A stretch of DNA of 64,000 nt from Desulfurococcales archaeon (lineage in GTDB: Archaea; Thermoproteota; Thermoprotei_A; Sulfolobales; Desulfurococcaceae): the NCBI GenBank assembly GCA_027022365.1, contig JALVYU010000031.1, positions 64,001 through 128,000 on the forward strand, read 5' to 3'. How positions within the stretch are numbered: position 1 is the first letter of the stretch; every line of letters starts with the position of its first letter. Below are positions 57,357 through 64,000 of the stretch, piece by piece. The notes below the pieces were generated by a model. It did no database searches, was not told the DNA's origin, and saw nothing but the letters and a program-made list of their open reading frames with translations. The translations under genes were made by a program, and so were the position numbers.

Positions 57357-57758
57357 TCACCCCTCGGCTTTCTTCTTGAGCGTGGATAAGCTGAGCTCCT
57401 CACTGGTTATGTGCTGAGTATCCGCCAGCTCAAAATAGTTCGTGGTTGTGAAAGCACGTACGGGGCAGACGGTCACGCACCTATAGCAGTACACGCACTT
57501 CATATAGTCAATGACAGGGAAGAGGCGCCTAGCATTTTTCTTCGGAACCTCGTACTCGCCCGGTATTTTCTTCATAGCTATTGCGTCGGCCGGGCACTCG
57601 ATCCTACAGAGGCCGCAGCCGATGCATTTCTGTAAGTCACTGTATTGGCGGCCGCGGAAATCAGGCTCTACCCAGGGCTTCTCCCGGGGATACTGTATAG
57701 TGGCTGGCTTACTGATCAGGTTTCTCAATATCAGAGAGAGTATCTTGGATTTACCCAT
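57357..57758 (-). CDS. 2x[4Fe-4S] ferredoxin-like subunit (NuoI/MbhN-like)
   Basis: TIQYP, FRG, CIGCGLCRIECP, CVYCYRCVTVCP. Confidence 0.92.
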   Translation of the reverse strand: MGKSKILSLILRNLISKPATIQYPREKPWVEPDFRGRQYSDLQKCIGCGLCRIECPADAIAMKKIPGEYEVPKKNARRLFPVIDYMKCVYCYRCVTVCPVRAFTTTNYFELADTQHITSEELSLSTLKKKAEG

Positions 57759-58951
57759 TTCTTGCCCCCTCCCGCGAGTTCTTTCATGGGGACTTTTCTA
57801 CGTTCCCCGGTCCTGAGATCAATTATGGTTAGTCTTTCCATACAGGATATGCATGGATCCCAGCTGGTCAGGATCACTGGAAGGTCTGCTATGCTGTACC
57901 CGATATAGAATTTCGCGGTATTCAATATGTTGTGGACGCTCGGAGTCCTTATCTTGACGCGGTAGGGCATAGGCTTGCCGTCGCTCATGACATAGTATAT
58001 GAGCTCGCCTCGTGGAGCCTCAACACGGGTATACGCTTCGCCCGGCGGGAATCTCCTGGGGAGCCTCCTCTCATCGGGGACGGCTTTCCCGTCTTGCGGC
58101 AGGTGGTCGAGAACATATTTTATTATCTTAGCGCTCTCAAGGGCCTCGTCCCAACGCACCATCATCCTAGCCCATGCATCGCACTCGTTCCTCACAATCA
58201 CATTGAATGGTATTTCGCCGTAAGCATCATACTTATCGCTCGCCCTAGCGTCTATTTTTACCCCGCTCGCCCTCGCTACTGGCCCTAATAGTCCGTATAA
58301 TGTCGCCTCACTAGGCTTTACAACACCTACATCCACGAGTCGTTTGAGAATCGTTTCGTCCTCCATGAATAGCTTCTTGTAGTACTTGATCCTAGGTATG
58401 ACGCGGTCTATGAGTTTTCTAAGCTTGTCTATTTTATCGGAGCTGAGATCACGTCTTACACCACCAAATATCATGTAGTCGGCTGAGACCCTGTTCCCCG
58501 TGACTATCTCCTTGGACTTCATGATGTATTCTCTATCACGCATAATGTTCATGAACAAGCTATCAAATCCTATTATCTCGGCCATCACGGCATTGATAAG
58601 CATGTGGCTATGCATACGTTCCAGCTCCATGGCGAGAACTCTGAGGTACTTCGCCCGAGGACTGGGCTCGATGCCGAGTATCTGTTCTACAGCCCTTACA
58701 AAGCAGTTGGCGTGGACACCATTACAGATACCACAGACCCTGCTCACGATGAATATGTCTCGATAAAAGCTGTTCTTCTCAGCCAGCTTCTCGATACCTC
58801 TATGATTATAGCCGGTATGCACCTCGACCTTGACGACCTCTTCGCCATCAGCATACGCCTTGAGTAGGATCGGCTCATGGAGGGCTGGATGCTGCGGACC
58901 TACAGGTATTTCGAGAGCATATGGGACCTCTATCACCTTATCGATCGCCAC
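57731..58951 (-). CDS. Group 4 [NiFe] hydrogenase large subunit (MbhL-like)
   Basis: GPQHP, HRGIEK, RVCGIC and DPCISCMER (both CxxC present) plus a C-terminal extension; likely GTG start at 58951. Confidence 0.92.
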   Translation of the reverse strand: MAIDKVIEVPYALEIPVGPQHPALHEPILLKAYADGEEVVKVEVHTGYNHRGIEKLAEKNSFYRDIFIVSRVCGICNGVHANCFVRAVEQILGIEPSPRAKYLRVLAMELERMHSHMLINAVMAEIIGFDSLFMNIMRDREYIMKSKEIVTGNRVSADYMIFGGVRRDLSSDKIDKLRKLIDRVIPRIKYYKKLFMEDETILKRLVDVGVVKPSEATLYGLLGPVARASGVKIDARASDKYDAYGEIPFNVIVRNECDAWARMMVRWDEALESAKIIKYVLDHLPQDGKAVPDERRLPRRFPPGEAYTRVEAPRGELIYYVMSDGKPMPYRVKIRTPSVHNILNTAKFYIGYSIADLPVILTSWDPCISCMERLTIIDLRTGERRKVPMKELAGGGKKWVNPRYSL

Positions 58952-58955
58952 GGCT

Positions 58956-59405
58956 CTACACCCTTGCATCCTTCCTCAATGGATAGATGCCTTTCTCCAC
59001 TAGTTCCTCCGGGACGAAGAACGGCCTACGCAGCGCTGGGTTGCCTTTGAAAACAACGCCTAACAGGTCATGTATTTCGCACTCCGGTGCCAGGGCCGCA
59101 GGGATAAGGTCCAGAATACTATTTATCTCTGGGTTGTCCCTGTCAACATATGTTCTCAACACAATAGTCGTTTCTTCAGGCAACACCACGACATAATAAT
59201 CTAGCCTTATCTTCTTGTCTTTCAGAATGTCTGTACCAACAATTGTTGCTAGATAGAATCCTTTCTCTCCAAGACGCTCGAGTAATTGTTTAAAGATCTC
59301 TCTAATTCTTTCATGGCTGAACTCGTATAATTCTCTATTAGGCTTAATGGTTCCCACTTCTTTTAGCAATCCTTCTTTAACCAGTTCATTTATTTCTTCG
59401 ATCAA
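58956..59405 (-). CDS. NuoC/MbhK-like subunit
   Basis: ECEIHDLLGVVFKGNP...YPLRKD. Confidence 0.9.
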   Translation of the reverse strand: MIEEINELVKEGLLKEVGTIKPNRELYEFSHERIREIFKQLLERLGEKGFYLATIVGTDILKDKKIRLDYYVVVLPEETTIVLRTYVDRDNPEINSILDLIPAALAPECEIHDLLGVVFKGNPALRRPFFVPEELVEKGIYPLRKDARV

Positions 59406-59425
59406 GAAAGCACACCTCCAGCAGA

Positions 59426-59866
59426 TTATGATTGTTCCAGTTTTTTCAGAAGCTTAGCTATACCATCGATAATTGCCTCAGGCCTTGGCGGACACCCAGG
59501 AATATACATGTCTACGGGAACGACCTTGTCAGCACCCGCGTAAACGCTATAGCTCTTGGCGAAAACTCCTCCAGTACAGGCACAAGTGCCAACGGCAATG
59601 ACGAATTTCGGGCCAGGCATTTGCTCGTATAGTCTCTTCAATCTTTCCCCGGCCTTCTTCGTCACAGCACCTGTTACTAGAAGTATGTCTCCATGTCTTA
59701 TGCTGGGGGCCAGCTTTATCCCAAATCGCTCTACGTCGTAAAACGGGGTTAAAGCGGCTAAAACCTCTATGTCACAGCCATTACATGCACCAGTATTAAA
59801 ATGGACGAGCCACGGGGTATACCTTATTATCTTGGCTTTCCCGTCGCTCTTATTTTCTTTTTCCAT
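59426..59866 (-). CDS. Hydrogenase small subunit (NuoB/MbhJ-like)
   Basis: GACNGCDIE, TGAVT, GTCACTGG, IPGCPPRP. Confidence 0.94.
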   Translation of the reverse strand: MEKENKSDGKAKIIRYTPWLVHFNTGACNGCDIEVLAALTPFYDVERFGIKLAPSIRHGDILLVTGAVTKKAGERLKRLYEQMPGPKFVIAVGTCACTGGVFAKSYSVYAGADKVVPVDMYIPGCPPRPEAIIDGIAKLLKKLEQS

Positions 59867-59960
59867 GAAAATCTTCCCCGGTTAAGGCTTATTCCTTCAA
59901 TGAATATAAAATCATAATGTTAGGACAGCCTAATAGGAACGATATTTTGTTATAAAAGCT

Positions 59961-62309
59961 TTAATCTCGTTGTAAAAGCTTCTTCGAGGAAACGATAAGA
60001 TCAGCGGCTATGACCTGTCCGAAAGCTATACCTCCATCTCCTAGCGGTGTCTTCCTGGGCAGGAATACCCTGTCGGCCGCGCTGCGTATGCCCCTAACGA
60101 TCAACGAGTTTACTCCCGCACCTCCAGACACGACTATTCCGTCACACCCATACTTCTCACAAATAATCATGGCTGCTTCGCCGAGCGCGTGTCCGAGAAC
60201 ATACTGTACCGTGTATGCTATTCTCCCGCGGCTATAGCTATGATTATACAGGAGATCAATAGCGGACTCTATGATTGGATCTGTGTCAATTATGATCTTA
60301 CCATTATCAGAGATGATCTCCGCACTTACGTCTTTAATTGGAGGGGGCTTGGAATTATTCTCGAGCATGATCGCTGGTTCTCCCTCATATGTCCTTTCCC
60401 AGCATATTCTAAGCAATGAGCTTACAGCGTCCAGAAACCTACCAGTACTCGTTGTAAAGATACTGTGCCCCATCTCGATGAGTCGAGAGACTGCCTTATA
60501 TTCTTTCAGCCCCCCTGATACAAGGTCTTCTAGGCCAAGCCTCTTAACTATTGTATTTGCCTCTACACCGTATATGTCGAGAAGAATGCTGTAGAGGTAT
60601 CTCGCCGGATACACCACGTCTCTTTCGCCAGTGATCCTGTGTGGTTTTAGATGTCCCGCTCTCTCATACCATGGGCTACGCGTGTCGAACACTATGATCT
60701 CCCCTCCCCATATGCCCCCATCATCACCATAGCCTGTCCCATCAATAGCTATCCCAACAATAATTCCCTCTAACCCGACATCATAAGCCGCACCAAGAAC
60801 ATGTGCGTAGTGGTGCTGGACAGGGATAGCATCTAGATCTTCCTCCTCAGCATAGCGCTTGGCTAGCCCACTGCTAAGGTAGCCGGGATGCTTATCATAC
60901 GCTATAACGGGTCTCTCTACCCTATAGGCTCTCCTTAGAAAACCTATCTCGTACAGGAGATCCTCCTGCGCCCTTGGATGATCCATGTCCCCGATATAGG
61001 GTGTTAGAACTATTTTGTCCTCGAAACCAATCGCTGCAGCATTGGACTGGTCTGCACCGAAGCCAATTATCTCGCGTGAAAGACTCCTTTTAATCCTTAT
61101 CCAGAGGGGTGCATAGCCCCTGCTCCTCCTGATAAATACTGGTTCCCCATCAGTGAATCTCATCACACTATCATCGACACGATGAACTATCTCTCTGTCA
61201 TGGACGAGAAAATAATCGGCTATTCCTGAGAGCTTTTCCTTCACGCATTCTTCGTCTCTGCACATGGGTTCTCCATGGATGTTACCGCTCGTCATTATAG
61301 CGAACCGGTCCCGGGTTTCCATGAGGAATAGATAATGGAGACCAGTATAGGCGCGGAATACTCCCTCGTATGCCATCCCTGGGCTTACGAGCTTGCTTAC
61401 GGGCGTATCTTTTCTCTTAGGAAGCAATAGTATTGGGGCCTGAGGTGATTCTAGAAGCCTCCGGGCCTTCTCGTCTAGATAAACGAGTTTCTCAGCTATA
61501 ACAGTATCAAGCACCATTACGGCGAATGGTTTGTGAGGCCTCTTTTTCCTCTCACGAAGCCTCCTAACTATGTCGTCATCACTTGCTAGTGCAGCTAGGT
61601 GATAGCCTCCAAGCCCCTTGATCGCGACAATGTATCCGTCGTCTAGGATTTTTGCTGCTTCTCTTATCGGATCCTGTGCCCTTACTTCGTCCCAATTACT
61701 ATCGTAGAGTTTGAGTCTGGGGCCGTCCACTGGACAGCTGATTCCCTGGGCATGATATCTTCGAGTGTTTCCTAGATCACTGTATTCTTTCAAGCACTCA
61801 GGGCAGAGCCTGTATTTCTTCATGCTCGTGTTTACGCGATCATACGGTATATCATACATCATCGAGTATCTTGGGCCGCACCAAGCACAGCTGTTGAAAG
61901 CGTATCTATACCTCCTGTTGCCCGGGTCGAGTATTTCTCTTAGACAATCGCTACATATTGCAAAGTCTGGTGGAATGTTGCTTCTTCTGATGAGCTTCCT
62001 CCTGCTCGGCATTATGTTGAAGCTGGTATAGCCTGCTGGCTCATGTATTTCGACGCGTTTCTCCTCAATAATCGCTGGCGGGGGCTTCTCCTCTTCTAGA
62101 AGCTCGATGAACTTTGAGACCTTCTTATCTGGGCCTTCAACCCATATCTCGACCTCACTGCCCCCGGTATTTACAACGTATCCCCTCAAGCCGAGCCTAG
62201 AGGCTAGTCTATGGACGAATGGCCTAAACCCTACGCCCTGTACGAGGCCGACAACGATTATCCTAGCTGCTATCGTGCCCACATAATCCACCCAGTTGTT
62301 CTGACCCAA
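59961..62309 (-). CDS. hypF: Hydrogenase maturation carbamoyltransferase
   Basis: GLVQGVGFRPF acylphosphatase domain, zinc fingers, KGLGGYHL, QHHYAH, DGTGYG, GDGGIAFGQ. Confidence 0.96.
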   Translation of the reverse strand: MGQNNWVDYVGTIAARIIVVGLVQGVGFRPFVHRLASRLGLRGYVVNTGGSEVEIWVEGPDKKVSKFIELLEEEKPPPAIIEEKRVEIHEPAGYTSFNIMPSRRKLIRRSNIPPDFAICSDCLREILDPGNRRYRYAFNSCAWCGPRYSMMYDIPYDRVNTSMKKYRLCPECLKEYSDLGNTRRYHAQGISCPVDGPRLKLYDSNWDEVRAQDPIREAAKILDDGYIVAIKGLGGYHLAALASDDDIVRRLRERKKRPHKPFAVMVLDTVIAEKLVYLDEKARRLLESPQAPILLLPKRKDTPVSKLVSPGMAYEGVFRAYTGLHYLFLMETRDRFAIMTSGNIHGEPMCRDEECVKEKLSGIADYFLVHDREIVHRVDDSVMRFTDGEPVFIRRSRGYAPLWIRIKRSLSREIIGFGADQSNAAAIGFEDKIVLTPYIGDMDHPRAQEDLLYEIGFLRRAYRVERPVIAYDKHPGYLSSGLAKRYAEEEDLDAIPVQHHYAHVLGAAYDVGLEGIIVGIAIDGTGYGDDGGIWGGEIIVFDTRSPWYERAGHLKPHRITGERDVVYPARYLYSILLDIYGVEANTIVKRLGLEDLVSGGLKEYKAVSRLIEMGHSIFTTSTGRFLDAVSSLLRICWERTYEGEPAIMLENNSKPPPIKDVSAEIISDNGKIIIDTDPIIESAIDLLYNHSYSRGRIAYTVQYVLGHALGEAAMIICEKYGCDGIVVSGGAGVNSLIVRGIRSAADRVFLPRKTPLGDGGIAFGQVIAADLIVSSKKLLQRD

Positions 62310-62408
62310 TTAGGTTCCATGGATTAACGGGGTATTAACGATATGCTGGGTGCTACGCCGTCTTTTTATTCAATTATCAATAATAACAAGTATCGTGGGG
62401 ACCCTGTA

Positions 62409-62618
62409 TTGGTTCGCTACAAGGTGTTTATCAACAAGAAGCTCTGTAAGGGATGCGGTATCTGTATAGAGATCTGTCCTAGGAACGCCCTGAGGTTCAA
62501 CGGGATAAATCCCGAGACAGGTTATAGGAATCCGGAACAGGCCGGCGAGTGTATAGGCTGTAGACAATGTATGTGGTACTGTCCAGACCAAGCAATAGTG
62601 GTGGTGGGTGAGCGGTGA
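62409..62618 (+). CDS. 4Fe-4S dicluster ferredoxin (oxidoreductase delta subunit)
   Basis: CKGCGICIEICP, CIGCRQCMWYCP; likely TTG start at 62409. Confidence 0.9.
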   Translation: MVRYKVFINKKLCKGCGICIEICPRNALRFNGINPETGYRNPEQAGECIGCRQCMWYCPDQAIVVVGER

Positions 62619-63718
62619 CTGAGAGATTATTTCTGAGCGGCAACGAGGCGGTCGTGTACGGGGCGCTAGATGCGGGCTGTAGATTCTATGCTGGTTACCC
62701 GATAACGCCTAGCAGTGAGATAATGCATCTAATGGCGAAGGAACTACCGCGTGTGGGAGGAGTGTTTATACAGGCTGAGGATGAGCTGGCAGCGATCAAT
62801 ATGATCATAGGCGCCTCATGGGCGGGGCTAAAATCAATGACAGCCACCAGTGGGCCTGGATTCAGCCTAATGCAAGAGGGCATAGGATACGCTGTAATGA
62901 CCGAGACACCGCTAGTCATCGTGGATGTGATGAGAGCTGGGCCGGCCACAGGACAAGCAACAAAATCTGCTCAGGGCGACCTCATGCAGGCCAGGTGGGG
63001 TAGGCACGGAGACCAGTACCTGGTCGTGATCGCTCCTATGACGCTCCAGGAGGCATATGATCTAGTCATAGAGGCCTTCAATATAGCTGAGGCCTACAGA
63101 GTACCCGTTGTATTCCTAATGGATGAATTCATCGGTCATGGAAGAGAGATAGTTGTGAGGAGGGATGCTGATAAACTAGTTGAGCGGAGGAGGCCGAGCG
63201 ATCACGAGCCGCCTTTCGGCAGCAAGGATCCAAGGATACCGCCTCCCATGCCGAGGCTCGGTGAAGGCTACTACGTGCTGGTGACAGGCTCGACCCATAA
63301 TGAATGGGGATATAGGGATGTACACGGGTTCGAGACGCACTACAAGCTTGTCACGAGGCTTAAGGAGAAGATCTGGGGCAATATAGACAAGATATTCAAA
63401 TACAAGGTGTATGGGGACCCTGATGCACGGAGAACAATAGTTTGTTTCGGATCAACTTGTAGGCCAGCAATAGATGCTGCCAAGAGAGTAGGGGGGACAA
63501 AGGTTCTCCGACTAATAACGCTGTGGCCGCTAGATTACGGCAAACTAGCCGAGGAGCTCAGCGATGCCGAGAAGGTTGTAGTGCCGGAGCTAAACCTAGG
63601 ACAACTGGTATACGATGTAGCCCAAGTATACCCGCGGAACAAGATACGCGTTGTCAATAAGGTGGGAGGAGGCATACCGATCTATCCATCCGAGATAATA
63701 AAAGCCCTGGAGGCGTGA
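62615..63718 (+). CDS. 2-oxoacid:ferredoxin oxidoreductase alpha subunit
   Basis: GNEA, YPITPSSE, EDE, TATSGPGFSLMQE, RAGPATG. Confidence 0.94.
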   Translation: MTERLFLSGNEAVVYGALDAGCRFYAGYPITPSSEIMHLMAKELPRVGGVFIQAEDELAAINMIIGASWAGLKSMTATSGPGFSLMQEGIGYAVMTETPLVIVDVMRAGPATGQATKSAQGDLMQARWGRHGDQYLVVIAPMTLQEAYDLVIEAFNIAEAYRVPVVFLMDEFIGHGREIVVRRDADKLVERRRPSDHEPPFGSKDPRIPPPMPRLGEGYYVLVTGSTHNEWGYRDVHGFETHYKLVTRLKEKIWGNIDKIFKYKVYGDPDARRTIVCFGSTCRPAIDAAKRVGGTKVLRLITLWPLDYGKLAEELSDAEKVVVPELNLGQLVYDVAQVYPRNKIRVVNKVGGGIPIYPSEIIKALEA

Positions 63719-63722
63719 CATA

Positions 63723-64000
63723 ATGGCTGAGCACTTCGGCCTCAAATACCTCAGGAGAGAAGTCCTACCAACAGCTTTCTGCCCAGGATGCTATAACGGG
63801 ATACTCATGAATGCATTATTCCAAGCATTCATGGAACTAGGCATAGAGGATCTAAAGAGATTCGTGTTTGTCAGCGGGATAGGGTGTTCTTCATGGATAC
63901 CCAGCCCGTTCATAAAAGCCGATAGCCTCCACACACTGCATGGAAGAGCAATACCAGTAGCTACTGGCGTCAAGCTCGCAAATCCCGAGCTCAACGTTAT
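63723..64000 (+). CDS. 2-oxoacid:ferredoxin oxidoreductase beta subunit, partial (runs off the window)
   Basis: Manual translation: MAEHFGLKYLRREVLPTAFCPGCYNG...VSGIGCSSW...HTLHGRAIPVATGVKLANP. Confidence 0.93.
   Translation, partial: MAEHFGLKYLRREVLPTAFCPGCYNGILMNALFQAFMELGIEDLKRFVFVSGIGCSSWIPSPFIKADSLHTLHGRAIPVATGVKLANPELNV

Noticed and set aside
57731-58951. Mbs/Mbx sulfane reductase
   Set aside because: All four Ni-ligating cysteines are present and hypF is adjacent
59867-59960. SurR-type GTT-N3-AAC site upstream of the hydrogenase operon
   Set aside because: No exact match seen
1-64000. CRISPR arrays, tRNA/rRNA genes, transposases, inteins, and the many short overlapping ORFs in the track
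   Set aside because: No repeat-spacer periodicity, cloverleaf or transposase motifs were seen by eye; protein lengths leave no room for inteins; the short ORFs are shadows of well-supported genes

Overview
Gene-dense chromosomal window from a hyperthermophilic crenarchaeon. A Desulfurococcales-like origin is an inference from gene content, GGTGA/GGAGG ribosome-binding sites, TATA-like promoters, class I LysRS and archaeal LeuRS. It contains: (i) a type IV pilus locus (divergent ATPase fragment, TadC/AapF-like membrane protein, five minor-pilin-like genes including a DUF2341/lectin-like adhesin, and a major pilin); (ii) housekeeping genes (K+ channel, nadM, birA, tldD/tldE, DUF1998 helicase, dUTPase, moeA, lysS, leuS); (iii) a 13-gene Mbh-type group 4 [NiFe] hydrogenase/Mrp operon with hypF, and the start of a 2-oxoacid:ferredoxin oxidoreductase operon; (iv) two candidate box C/D guide RNAs. 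Three less-explained elements stand out. First, a divergon of a degenerate KaiC-like ATPase plus TrmB facing a DASS transporter, surface protein, beta-CASP hydrolase and second ApgM, with twin TTTTCAC-N6-GTGAAAA palindromes and an apparent ACG start codon. Second, a NifX/DUF134 operon and a cluster of tiny Trp/Tyr/Pro/Gly/Arg-rich proteins 9 kb apart that share a TGTGC-N4-GCNCA palindrome and the same TATA-like sequence. Third, two HD-domain dNTPase-like paralogs, each near a small YwgA/SocA-like protein. No tRNA, rRNA, CRISPR array or transposase was recognised. All assignments are by eye from motifs; no database searches were run.
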